Notes under the pieces: model-generated
What the model was told of the DNA's origin: nothing
The model's input: the letters and a program-made list of their open reading frames with translations, nothing else
The model's database searches: none
Made by a program: the position numbers and the translations under genes
Shown: positions 42,701 to 51,439 of the stretch, one piece after another
How the letters are laid out: each line of letters begins with the position of its first letter
Position numbering within the stretch: position 1 is the first letter of the stretch
Assembly: GCA_963748625.1 (NCBI GenBank)
Contig: CAVVJT010000010.1
Coordinates: 32,001-96,000 of the forward strand
DNA from: an uncultured Chloroflexia bacterium
GTDB taxonomy: Bacteria > Chloroflexota > Limnocylindria > Limnocylindrales > CSP1-4
Length of the DNA: 64,000 nucleotides
Direction: 5' to 3'

Positions 42701-43509
42701 CGCGTGTTGAGGATCGCCTGGCGCTGGTCCGGGAACAGGCGGAACATCTCCTCGGCGGTCTTGAGGTAGAAGTCCGGTCCCTCGAAGCGCATCCGGTTCG
42801 GCGCGTCGAGGTTGTTGCCCGTCCCCACGCAGAGGAGCACGTCGTGCGCCTCGTGCTGCTCCGGGTGCACGTAGTGCAGGTCGTTCGTGACGATGAGCGG
42901 AAGGCCGGTCTCGGGGGCGAGCCTGAGGAGCTGCTCGTTGAGGACGCGCTGCTCGGGGATCTTGTGGTCCTGCAGCTCGAGGAAGAAGCGGCCCTTGCCC
43001 AGGATGTCCTCGTAGTCCTTGGCGATGGTCTTTGCGAGGTCCCAGTCGCCCGTCTCCAAGGCCTTCGGGACCTCGCCGCCCAGGCAGGCACTCATGCCCA
43101 CGAGGCCCTGACTGTACTTGGCGAGGTGCTCGCGGTCGATGCGCGGCTTGTAATAGTAGCCGTCGATGTGGGCGTCCGTGATCAACCGGTTGAGGTTCTG
43201 GTAGCCGGTCATGTCCGTCGCGAGCAGCACCAGGTGGTAGGGCTGTGCGTCGAACTTGGCTTCCTTGTCGCGCATCGTGCGGCGGGCCACGTAGGTCTCG
43301 ACCCCGATGATCGGCTTGATGCCCGCCTTCGTTGCCGCCTGGTAGAAGGCGACCGCCCCATACAGGGCACCGTGGTCGGTGATCGCGAGGCTGTCGAACC
43401 CATGCCTCACGCTCGTGTCGACGAGGTCGCTGATGCGCCCCAGCCCGTCGAGCAGGCTGAACTCCGAGTGGGTGTGGAGGTGGACGAAGTCGTTCGGGGC
43501 GATGGACAT
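39721..43509 (-). CDS. dnaE: DNA polymerase III alpha subunit
   Basis: PHP domain HLHTHSEFSLLDG, RGSAPGS, FERFLNPDRVTMPDIDIDF, LLKFDFLGL, YGFNKAHA, clamp-binding QFSLF, OB fold. Confidence 0.98.
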   Translation of the reverse strand: MSIAPNDFVHLHTHSEFSLLDGLGRISDLVDTSVRHGFDSLAITDHGALYGAVAFYQAATKAGIKPIIGVETYVARRTMRDKEAKFDAQPYHLVLLATDMTGYQNLNRLITDAHIDGYYYKPRIDREHLAKYSQGLVGMSACLGGEVPKALETGDWDLAKTIAKDYEDILGKGRFFLELQDHKIPEQRVLNEQLLRLAPETGLPLIVTNDLHYVHPEQHEAHDVLLCVGTGNNLDAPNRMRFEGPDFYLKTAEEMFRLFPDQRQAILNTRLVAEMVDLKLPLGELRIPHFPVPDGETVESWLRKECEQGLVRRYGEITPALRERLDYELGVIISMGYAGYFLIVADFVNYARSQGIATSCRGSAPGSIVTYTLGITPVDPLHYGLPFERFLNPDRVTMPDIDIDFEDERRDEVINYVSRKYGQDHVAQIITFGTMLARAAIRDVGRVMGMGYGDVDKIAKAVPNQLGIKLSEALETSPTLREMYDADPQVNKLIGFAQQLEGVARNASTHAAGVVISREPLTELMPLQKATNSDALMTQYEMHAIEALGLLKFDFLGLSNLTILRKAVELIGEHRGVFVDLDRIPLDDPKTFQLLASGETTGVFQLESAGMRRYIRELQPSTVYDLAAMVALYRPGPMDNIPTYIRRKLGQEKVEYLHPLLEPFLERTYGVFVYQEDIMSAAVALGGFSGPEADMLGYAIRKKKSSVLRSMKETFVERAAQRGVRAETIDAVFKAFEPFERYGFNKAHATCYGLIAYQTAYLKANYTVEYMTSVLTAFRDNAEKVAAAIAECRRLGIDVRTPDVHQSHLGFTVEGEAIRFGLLAVKNVGEGAIQSIIDQREAGGEFRSLTDFCSRVDIRLTNRKVLESLAKVGALNGFGHPAQVLLGLDDALAAGQAAQRDRISGQFSLFDMGGDDAAALERPLPATPETPVRERLRWEKELMGLYLSDHPMGEVAEKVGLYVTAYSGDMKDESLDGQRVVLGGIVTGSRTVITKSRSTMAVVTIEDLQGTIEIVVFPKTYEQTMGMWSEGSILLVAGRVDHRGDEASLLADSVWDWDQVSERGPEEFAREVGSLDKRPRRGPGGPGGGYAGGSNGGNGGRPKGGFNGNGRSASGSNGSNGTALPAVRPGEPVPTYVEPPGASASADVAGTEASEEPSLPDEARSRAVAAAQAPSRPIEAAPGAVLNVRFAREAGADRVVSAMHAFKSVLREHPGATRVVVHVPAPGGAALPMELRGVAYDSDLIAEVLRRVGDGVIELQLA

Positions 43510-43637
43510 CAGGGGGTCAATCGTACCCGCCGGGCAGCTTCGGGGTCGGTGGCGTGAGGGTTGCGATCCCCCGATCGGGCGGGCGCCAGCGGCCGATCCT
43601 GTCTCGCGCGCCGGTCCCGGGTGCCGGGTGACTGAGG

Positions 43638-43767
43638 GTCAACGAAACCCAGCATTCGACGCCGTGGCGGCCTCCGATGCGCGGTTCCGTGGCCTCCGGG
43701 TCAACAGGAGCCCGCAAACAGGCTGCTGACGGCCTCGCGCCGGGCCAATACGCGGGTTCTCGTTGAC
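43638..43767. repeat. 130-bp REP/MITE-like cassette (two direct copies and one inverted copy of a GTCAAC motif)
   Basis: gtcaacgaaaccc at 43638, gtcaacaggagccc at 43700, inverted gggttctcgttgac ending at 43767. Confidence 0.65.
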
Positions 43768-43773
43768 TACCAG

Positions 43774-43903
43774 GCCACGAGGCACGAGGCACGGCGGTGC
43801 CACGACGCCACGAGGCACGAGGCACGGCGGTGCCAGGACGCCACGACGCCACGAGGCACGAGGCACGGCGGTGCCACGACGCCACGAGGCACGAGGCACG
43901 GCG
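43774..43903 (+). repeat. 33-bp tandem repeat x~3.7 built of 7-8 bp subunits
   Basis: gccacgaggcacgaggcacggcggtgccacgac at 43774, 43807 (plus 8-bp insert), 43848, and partial at 43881. Confidence 0.9.
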
Positions 43904-44001
43904 CTGCGAGGGGCGCGGCATGGCCGGCGCCGGGCGGACGGAGTGACGACGATCGTCACGACGACGAAGGCCATGCCATCCCGCCCGCCCTCGTTCCCCC
44001 C

Positions 44002-44922
44002 TCAGCCGGCGGCCGCCACGCCCCCCGCGGCCGCCGCCTGGTCGATGTAGCGACGCACCGGACGCGCATCGATGCCGAGCTCCCGCAGGGCCTCGTCGCG
44101 CACCACGGTCGGGGCAAGGTCGGACGCGAGGGCCATGCCCATGAGCGACGCCGTGACCGGCTTCATGCGGCGCATCGCGGTCCGGCCGATGCGCATCATC
44201 AACCGCGGGACGTGGCTCGTCTTGATGGGCTTCCCGAGGACGCTCTCGAACGCGGCGACGGCCTCGTTGGGTGACAGGGCCTCCGGCCCGCCCATCTCCA
44301 CGACGCGCGGAGGGTCCTCGGCCAGTGCCAGACGGACCATCGCCTCGGCAACGTCATCGATGCCGATGTAGGCATGTGGCGACTCACCCCTGCCGTACAC
44401 GGTGACCTTGCCGTGCGGCCAGTCGAAGCCGACCGCGGGCGACAGCCAGACCTCCTGGAACATGTCCGGCCGCACGATCACCTCGTGCATCGGCGATGCC
44501 TGAAGTCGACGTTCCGTCGCGAGCTTGGCGTCCGTGAACGGCGTCCGGGCAGTGCCGAAGTCGCCCAGCATCGAGGCGAACACGAACCGCTTCACGCCCG
44601 CCTGCTCGCACGCCGCGATCAGGTTCGCGTACCCGCGATCGTCCACGTCCCGGATCGACAGATCACCCTCGCCCGCGAGCACGCGCGAGACCGAGTTGGC
44701 GGTGCTGATGACGGTACCGATGCCGGCGACAGCGCCACGCAGGGATGCCGGATCGCGCAGGTCGCCGACGACATGCTCGATTCCGGTTCCAGTCGGCGCC
44801 GCGGCGGATCGGCCGGGCCGGACGAGAGCGCGAAACGGGACACCGCGAGCCTGGAGGCGGCTCGCGATCGCACCGCCTAGAGCTCCGGTCGCTCCGCACA
44901 GCAGGATCTGCGGTTCAGGCAT
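44002..44922 (-). CDS. NmrA/atypical SDR family NAD(P)H-binding protein
   Basis: GATGALG, GDLRDPASL, AKLATERRL, IDDVAEAM, GGPEALS. Confidence 0.9.
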   Translation of the reverse strand: MPEPQILLCGATGALGGAIASRLQARGVPFRALVRPGRSAAAPTGTGIEHVVGDLRDPASLRGAVAGIGTVISTANSVSRVLAGEGDLSIRDVDDRGYANLIAACEQAGVKRFVFASMLGDFGTARTPFTDAKLATERRLQASPMHEVIVRPDMFQEVWLSPAVGFDWPHGKVTVYGRGESPHAYIGIDDVAEAMVRLALAEDPPRVVEMGGPEALSPNEAVAAFESVLGKPIKTSHVPRLMMRIGRTAMRRMKPVTASLMGMALASDLAPTVVRDEALRELGIDARPVRRYIDQAAAAGGVAAAG

Positions 44923-45259
44923 GGCGCGGGTACCTCCGAGACTCGAGTTCGCGAGCGGGCGGCCCGGCGGGCAGCGCGTCGCGGGCAGGATGGCGGGGAA
45001 CTCTCACGGGTGCCGCCGACAGGATGCGGGCGTACGGGAACGCTGCCCGTCGGCATGCTTCCTCGACGAGGGCCGAGGAGGAGGCGGTGAAGCGGCACAG
45101 GCAGAGGTCGTCCTCGGCGACGACGAGCGTCGCCCGGTGGCGGACCTGGAACCCTTCCGCGCACATGGCCTCGGCCGCGTCACGCGTGCGGGCGACACCT
45201 GCCCGGATGCCGTCGGGCGGCATGCCGGGCAGGTAGCGTTCGACGAGGAAGGTCGGCAC
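44915..45259 (-). CDS. DUF4242/SCO4226-like small (nickel-binding-like) protein
   Basis: MPTFLVERYLP...DDLCLCRFTASS..VEEACRRAAFPYARI. Confidence 0.7.
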   Translation of the reverse strand: MPTFLVERYLPGMPPDGIRAGVARTRDAAEAMCAEGFQVRHRATLVVAEDDLCLCRFTASSSALVEEACRRAAFPYARILSAAPVRVPRHPARDALPAGPPARELESRRYPRHA

Positions 45260-45266
45260 GGCCGCG

Positions 45267-45614
45267 TCAGCGTGCGGGCGTCAGGAGGCCCGTGATCTCG
45301 ATGAACCACCCTTGCGGATCCACGTACTCGCAACGCACGAGACGATCAGCCTGCCGGGCCGCGAGCGGCTTCGAGAGGTAGGTCGTGCCCTCGAACGTGA
45401 AGACGAACGGCACGAGCACAGAACCCGACCCAACCACGTGGAACGGGACGATCGCATGCGCGTACTCGCTCGGCGGCAGGACAACCGACAGTGACATCTC
45501 CCCGTTGCACGTGAACGTTCGCGCCGCCCAGCCCCCGCCGTCGGCCGAGACTGCCGGAACCACCATCGCCATGACCGCCATCGCGAGCACCACGGCCCGC
45601 ACAGTCCGCTTCAT
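45267..45614 (-). CDS. Small secreted protein with two Cys
   Basis: AAGGAGG RBS; signal peptide MKRTVRAVVLAMAVMAMVVPAVSA; beta-rich mature region. Confidence 0.8.
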   Translation of the reverse strand: MKRTVRAVVLAMAVMAMVVPAVSADGGGWAARTFTCNGEMSLSVVLPPSEYAHAIVPFHVVGSGSVLVPFVFTFEGTTYLSKPLAARQADRLVRCEYVDPQGWFIEITGLLTPAR

Positions 45615-45765
45615 GGAACCTCCTTGGGCGCCAGCAGTGGGCGCCTGTCAAAGATCGACGGTAGGCCTCGGGCCGAGGTCGAACAACCGGACATCGTTCG
45701 GGGTTTGCCACGCACGCGGTCCGGGTGAGGAGCGTGACGAGGCGCGGATCACGAGCCCGGACCGG

Positions 45766-48591
45766 TCAGTCGGAGGGAACGGACCGGCGGCCGCGCATCT
45801 CGATCACGAGCTCTGTCCGCGAGGTTGCGCCGGTCTTCGCGTAGACCTTCGAGAGGTTCCACGCCACCGTCTTCGGGCTGATGCCCAGGGCGACGGCAAC
45901 CTCCTTGTTCGACCGGCCGGCGGCGACGAGGCTCGCAATCCGCCCTTCCATCTCGGAGAGGTCGGTGCTCGCAGTCCGGCGGCCGCCGATCCGGGCTGCC
46001 TCGGCGACTGCGCGGGCCTGCCAGAGGACAGCCCCAGTCTCGGTGAACGCGTCGCCCGCGCGCGACAGCGTCTCCCGGGCCACCGCCTTCTCGTGCCGCC
46101 GGCGTTGGAGCGAGCCCATGCCGAGAAGGACCCGGCCCAGCTCGAACGGGCGAGGGGACGGCAGACTCGCGTGCACTTCGAGCGCCCGTTCGAACGCAGC
46201 AGCAGCCGAGACGTCGTCTCCAACCGCGACGTGGATCAGGCCGCGGCATCGCGACGCAGCCTGGAGCGCCCAGCCGCGACCCAGGCGGGTGGCGGGCGTC
46301 TCGAGGCGCTCGAGCAGGACGAGGGCCCGTTCGACGTGGCCGGTCTCCACGGCGGCCTCGATCGCATCGGGAAGGAACGTGAAGAGGCTCGGCTCACCGG
46401 GATCACGCGAGGCGAGGACGTCGGCGGCGGGGTCGAGGATGGCGAAGGCGGTGCGGGCATCTCCCTCCGAGAGTGCGAGGAACCCGAGCATCCCTCGGTC
46501 GACGAGACCCAGCCGGTACTGCTGTCCGGTCGCCGCGGCGTATGCGAGCACCTGCTCGGCGACGGCGCGGGCCTCCGCCGCTCTACCGAGGTGCGCGAGC
46601 GCCTGGGCTCGGAGGTGCAGCGCCAGCGGCACGGCGGCCTCGCGCCCGGCCTGCAACGCGACATCGTGGGACTCGTCGGCGAGCGCGAGGGCGAGGGCGA
46701 AGCGGCCAGCCCGCCGCTCGATGAGGCTGGAGTAGGCCAGGAACGCCTGCGTCGTGACCGCTCCGGCCGCCTCGGCCGCCTGGGCGAGGTCGCTCATCGT
46801 GTGCCGCGCATCCTCGATGCGGTCCTCATAGAGCGCGCGCAGCGCCGCGACGAATCGCACGGACCGCGGGTCGCGATAGGACTCGTGCGGCCGCTCCAGC
46901 GCCGTCCCCTCGTGCAGCAGCGCGTCGGCCGCGGGGTCGCCCGTGATGGTGGCCACGTACGCGGCGACGGCGAGGGCACGCAGCAGGACCTCCCTGCTAC
47001 CGACCTCGCGCGCTGCACCTACGGCCGTCTCCGCGTGGGAGCGTGCGCGCCCGAGCTCGAACGCGTCGGCGAATGCAGACGCGAGGTCCGCATTGACGCG
47101 GCTGCGCAGGCCCGAGTCCCGAGTGAGCGTGAGGGCCCGCTCGTACAGGGGCAGCCCCACCGTCACGCCGGAAGCCTGCGCACTGACCTCGGCGAGCGCC
47201 ACGAGCCGCTCCGCCTCGCGCTCGCCGTCGGGCGTTCCCGGGGCCGGTGACCGACCGGGGTCCACGCCGTTCGGTGTCGCGGCCAGGAGAGCAACCGCGC
47301 GCGCCGGATCGCCGGCCTCGAAGTTCGCCCGTGCGGCGCGGAGCCGGCGGGCATGGATATCGATTGTGCGGGTGGGCGGGGTGAGCTCGAGGGCGCGCTC
47401 CGCAAGCTCCGCGGCGACGTCGGGAGCGCCCCGGTCGCGCGCGGCCGCAGCGCCCCGGTCCAAGGCCGCGGCTACCCCGGCGATCGGGCCGGCACTTGCC
47501 GCCGCGAGATGTCGAGCCCGTTCCTCTGGGTCGCGGGCGAGCGCCGCCAACTTCTCGTGCAGCCGGCGACGGTCGGCGGAAGCCGCCATCGAGTAGGCGG
47601 TCTCCGAGAGGAGCGGGTGCGCGAACCGGACCCGCGCCCCGGTGACGACAAGGATCCCGGCGGCGACGACCTCGTCCAGCGCGGCCTGGGCCGCATCCTC
47701 ACCGCCTGCAAGCCCGACCAGGGTGTCCACGTCGGGCTCGGGGAGGGCCGACGCAGCCAGCAGCAGGCCGCGCGCGGCGGTGGACACTGCCTCGAGACGC
47801 CGCCGGGTCGCCGCCACCACGCTGGCTGGCAGCGGGAGGCGGTCTGTCGATCCAGCCGGCTGGTCGCGAAGGGCCCGCCCGATCTCGAGGGCGAAGTACG
47901 GGTTGCCTCCGGTTGCCCTGTGGACCCGCAGGAGCTGCGGGCGCGAGAGCCGAACACCGGCACGCAGGCGCAAGAGCTCGAACACCGCACCCACGGACAG
48001 GGGCCCCACCACGATCTCGCGCACGGGCCAGGCGGCCATGGCGTCCACGAGGGCTGGTGGCGCCTCGCCGGGGTCGACCCGGATCGAGGCGAGGACCACG
48101 ATCGGGACGTCCACGAGCCGCCGGAGCGCGTAGGCGATCGCTGCTGAGGAGGGCCCGTCCAGCCACTGGGCGTCGTCGATCGCAACGACGAGTGGCGCGC
48201 GAACGAGGACGAGGGAACGGAGAAGGGTCACAAGTCCGACGGCGACGGCGCGTGCCTCAGCCGCTTGTCCTCCAGGGTCGGCACGCAGCAGGGCGACATC
48301 GAACGCCCGCCGCTGCGGTCCCGGTAATGACTCCCAGGCGGCATCATCCAGGGTCGCCAGGAGATCGCCAAGCGCCGCGTAGGAGAGTCGCGCCTCCGAG
48401 TGTGCCGGCGAGGCTTCGAGCACCATGCGCCCGCGTGCCCTCGCTCCGTCGATGGCAGCGCGCCACAAGGTGGTCTTGCCGGCGCCGGCAGGTCCGACGA
48501 GGATCACCGCCGTCGCCCACTGGAACTCGTCGTCCAACGCGACATCGAGCTCCGCCAGCTCGCGGTCGCGTCCGATGATGGGCTCGTTCAC
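45766..48591 (-). CDS. LuxR-family STAND regulator (AAA ATPase + helical/TPR-like + LuxR HTH)
   Basis: IGRDREL, GPAGAGKTT, IDDAQWLD, TGGNPYFALE, FAHPLL, C-terminal SNKEVAVALGISPKTVAWNLSKVYAK. Confidence 0.93.
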   Translation of the reverse strand: MNEPIIGRDRELAELDVALDDEFQWATAVILVGPAGAGKTTLWRAAIDGARARGRMVLEASPAHSEARLSYAALGDLLATLDDAAWESLPGPQRRAFDVALLRADPGGQAAEARAVAVGLVTLLRSLVLVRAPLVVAIDDAQWLDGPSSAAIAYALRRLVDVPIVVLASIRVDPGEAPPALVDAMAAWPVREIVVGPLSVGAVFELLRLRAGVRLSRPQLLRVHRATGGNPYFALEIGRALRDQPAGSTDRLPLPASVVAATRRRLEAVSTAARGLLLAASALPEPDVDTLVGLAGGEDAAQAALDEVVAAGILVVTGARVRFAHPLLSETAYSMAASADRRRLHEKLAALARDPEERARHLAAASAGPIAGVAAALDRGAAAARDRGAPDVAAELAERALELTPPTRTIDIHARRLRAARANFEAGDPARAVALLAATPNGVDPGRSPAPGTPDGEREAERLVALAEVSAQASGVTVGLPLYERALTLTRDSGLRSRVNADLASAFADAFELGRARSHAETAVGAAREVGSREVLLRALAVAAYVATITGDPAADALLHEGTALERPHESYRDPRSVRFVAALRALYEDRIEDARHTMSDLAQAAEAAGAVTTQAFLAYSSLIERRAGRFALALALADESHDVALQAGREAAVPLALHLRAQALAHLGRAAEARAVAEQVLAYAAATGQQYRLGLVDRGMLGFLALSEGDARTAFAILDPAADVLASRDPGEPSLFTFLPDAIEAAVETGHVERALVLLERLETPATRLGRGWALQAASRCRGLIHVAVGDDVSAAAAFERALEVHASLPSPRPFELGRVLLGMGSLQRRRHEKAVARETLSRAGDAFTETGAVLWQARAVAEAARIGGRRTASTDLSEMEGRIASLVAAGRSNKEVAVALGISPKTVAWNLSKVYAKTGATSRTELVIEMRGRRSVPSD

Positions 48592-48731
48592 ACGTCCTCC
48601 CCACCGGGGCCGGGACGCACGGCGCTGGCCCGATCCTACGCCCGGCGGGTCTGCTGCTGCTCGCCTGAACGTCCACTTCCGCCACGAGCGCTGCGCCCGC
48701 TACGCCACAGGCAAGGGTGGTCAGACCGGGC

Positions 48732-49154
48732 TCACCCCGACGGGGCGTGGTCGGACTCGTCCGCGTCGGCCTCGGCCTTGGTCAGGTGGACGGTGGTGGG
48801 GGCGTGCTGGGGCGGCGCGTACACGGTGTAGAGCCGCAGGTCCCCGGACCCGGTGTTGACGATGTTGTGCTCCGTGCCGGCCGTCACGTGCACGAGGCGG
48901 CCGACGGTGACCGGGCTCTGGGCGCCGTCGAGGAGCGCCATGCCCTCACCGGCCACGAACACGAGCACCTGGTCGACGCTGTCGTGCGTCTCGAGCCCGA
49001 TCTCGCCGCCGGTGGGAATGCACATCACGACCACCTGGGCGTTCGGGCCGGTGGAGATGACGCGCCGGAATGCGGTGTTGACGGTGGCCGCCTCGACGAT
49101 GTCGACGTTCACGGACCCGCGGACGTCTGACGTGATTGCCTCGGTCGATGTCAT
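48732..49154 (-). CDS. Cupin-domain protein
   Basis: FRRVISTG, GEIGLETHDSVDQ, GTEHNIVNTG..LYTVYAPPQH. Confidence 0.9.
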   Translation of the reverse strand: MTSTEAITSDVRGSVNVDIVEAATVNTAFRRVISTGPNAQVVVMCIPTGGEIGLETHDSVDQVLVFVAGEGMALLDGAQSPVTVGRLVHVTAGTEHNIVNTGSGDLRLYTVYAPPQHAPTTVHLTKAEADADESDHAPSG

Positions 49155-49302
49155 GGTGAGCTGCCCTCGAGCTGGTCATGCCGGCCGAACCCGACGGGCG
49201 CAGGGCAGCACGATCCACCCACACGATGCGACGGCGCCCAGCGCGCGTCATGAAGGTGCGTCATCTGTAATCTCACGCCGTCGGCGTCGTACGATGGGAC
49301 CG

Positions 49303-51378
49303 ATGACCCGACTGCCCTACCCCGACGCGCCCACGTCAGACCAGGTCGACGACTACCACGGCACCCCGATCGCGGACCCCTACCGGCCACTTGAGGACGC
49401 CGATGCGCCCGCAACGCGGGCATGGATCGCCGCCGAGAATGCGCTCACGGAGCAGGTGCTGGCGGGCAACCCGGAGCGCCCTGGCATCCGCGAGCAGCTC
49501 GCCCGGGTCTGGGACCACCCGCGGGCCGGCGTCCCGTGGCGTCGCGGCGACCGCTGGTTCCAGCTGCGCAACACCGGCCTCCAGGACCAGGACGTCCTCT
49601 GGACCTCCGACGGGCCGGACGCCGGCGACGGCGGCACCGGCGGCACCGGGAGCCGCGTCCTCCTCGACCCCAACACCCTGGGCAGGGATGGCACCACCAC
49701 CCTCGCCGAGGCCGACGTGTCCGACAGCGGCGAGCTGGTCGCGATTGCCACGAGCGATGCCGGCTCGGACTGGCGCACGTGGACCGTCCGCCACACCGCC
49801 ACCGGCGAGGCGCTCCCCGACCGGCTGGTGTGGAGCAAGTTCTCGACCGTCGCGTGGACCGCCGACGATGCCGGCTTCTTCTACGGTGTCTACCCGGCCC
49901 CGGTGGCCGACGACGCGCTCGAGGCGCCCAATCGGGACATGGAGCTGCGGTACCACCGGCTCGGCACGGACCAGGCGGACGACCCGCTCGTCTTCGCCAC
50001 GCCCCATGAGCCGGAGTGGGGCTTCCAGCCGGAAGTCACCGACGATGGCCGGACCGTGGTGATCACGGTCTGGCGGGGCACGGATCCAGAGAGCCGGATC
50101 TACGTCGCCGGGCTGCACGCGGGCGTGGACGCCTTGCAGGTCCGACCGCTGCTCGACACCGCCGATGCCCGCTACGACCACATTGCCACCGTGGACGGCG
50201 TGCTGTACCTCGCCACCGACAAGGACGCCCCGCTCGGGCGCGTGATCGCGGTCCCGGCCGACGATGCCGGCGCCATCCGCGAGGTCGTCCCCCAGGGAGC
50301 CGACGCGCTCGAGATGGTGGTGCTGGTGGGCAACCGGCTCGCCTGCGTCTACCTGCACCATGCCCACCACCGGATCGCGCTCCACGAGCTCGACGGCACC
50401 TTCGTCGCCGACGTCGCGCTGCCCGGCATCGGCATGGTGACGGGCCTCGTCGGGCGCCGCGAGGACGAGGACCTCTACCTCTCGTTCACGACCTTCCTGG
50501 CGCCGGCCTCGGTGCTCGCCGTGCGCATGGCCGACGCGACCCTGCGCGAGGTCAGCCGGCCGCCCCTCGCCTGGGACCCGGACTCGTTCACGACGGAGCA
50601 GGTCTTCGTCACCTCTGATGACGGCACCCGTGTCCCGCTGTTCCTCAGCCGCCGCCGTGACGTCGCGCCCACCGGCGACGTGCGGACGCTGCTCTACGGC
50701 TACGGCGGCTTCCAGGTCCCGATCGGTCCCACGTTCAAGCCTGAATGGCTGACCTGGATGGAGCGTGGCGGGCTGCTGGCCGTCGCCTCGCTCCGCGGGG
50801 GCGCCGAGTACGGCAAGCCCTGGCACGATGCGGGACGCCTCGCGCACAAGCAGAACGTGTTCAACGACTTCGCCGCCTGCGCCCGCTGGCTGGCGGCATC
50901 GGGCTGGACCCACGCCGGCCGCATCGGTATCAGCGGACGCTCCAACGGCGGCCTGCTCGTCGGCGCCACGCTCACCCGGCACCCGGAGCTCGTCGGCGCC
51001 GCCCTCGCCGAGGTGGGCGTCATGGACATGCTGCGCTTCCACAAGTTCACGATCGGCTGGGGCTGGACATCGGACTATGGCTGCGCCGACGAGCCCGACC
51101 AGTTCCCCTGGCTCATCGCCTACTCCCCGCTCCACAACATCCGGCCCGGCACCGCGTACCCGGCCACCCTCGTGACAACCGGCGACCACGACGATCGCGT
51201 CGTGCCGGGGCACAGCTTCAAGTTCGCGGCGGCCCTCCAGGCGGCGCAGGCAGGCGACGGCCCAGTGCTGATCCGGATCGACACGGATGCGGGTCACGGG
51301 GCCGGCAAGCCCGTCGGCAAGCAGCTCGACGAGCGCTCGGACGTGCTGGCATTCCTCGAGATGTCACTTCCCGGCTGA
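49303..51378 (+). CDS. Prolyl oligopeptidase (S9A)
   Basis: DDYHGTPIADPYRPLE, YGYGGF, GRSNGGLL (Ser), DHDDRV (Asp), AGHG (His). Confidence 0.96.
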   Translation: MTRLPYPDAPTSDQVDDYHGTPIADPYRPLEDADAPATRAWIAAENALTEQVLAGNPERPGIREQLARVWDHPRAGVPWRRGDRWFQLRNTGLQDQDVLWTSDGPDAGDGGTGGTGSRVLLDPNTLGRDGTTTLAEADVSDSGELVAIATSDAGSDWRTWTVRHTATGEALPDRLVWSKFSTVAWTADDAGFFYGVYPAPVADDALEAPNRDMELRYHRLGTDQADDPLVFATPHEPEWGFQPEVTDDGRTVVITVWRGTDPESRIYVAGLHAGVDALQVRPLLDTADARYDHIATVDGVLYLATDKDAPLGRVIAVPADDAGAIREVVPQGADALEMVVLVGNRLACVYLHHAHHRIALHELDGTFVADVALPGIGMVTGLVGRREDEDLYLSFTTFLAPASVLAVRMADATLREVSRPPLAWDPDSFTTEQVFVTSDDGTRVPLFLSRRRDVAPTGDVRTLLYGYGGFQVPIGPTFKPEWLTWMERGGLLAVASLRGGAEYGKPWHDAGRLAHKQNVFNDFAACARWLAASGWTHAGRIGISGRSNGGLLVGATLTRHPELVGAALAEVGVMDMLRFHKFTIGWGWTSDYGCADEPDQFPWLIAYSPLHNIRPGTAYPATLVTTGDHDDRVVPGHSFKFAAALQAAQAGDGPVLIRIDTDAGHGAGKPVGKQLDERSDVLAFLEMSLPG

Positions 51379-51439
51379 CACCCTGCCGGTCGCGGACCGC
51401 ACCTGTGCGCCCTCGCCGCCGGTGCGATCATGCGAGACG

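Noticed and set aside
39721-43509. Intein in dnaE
   Set aside because: Polymerase motifs are contiguous; the extra length is a low-complexity C-terminal linker with no splice-junction motifs.
43774-43903. Possible CRISPR array (also considered 32415-32492 and 56841-56923)
   Set aside because: Units are contiguous with no unique spacers, and no cas genes are in the window.
45680-45700. LexA-like cgaac...gttcg upstream of the secreted protein
   Set aside because: The spacer is 11 nt, not 4. It could be another operator but is not an SOS box.
45701-45714. 14-bp inverted match to 14498-14511 (tgcgtggcaaaccc)
   Set aside because: Matches of this length are expected by chance in 64 kb of GC-rich sequence, and the flanks do not clearly extend.
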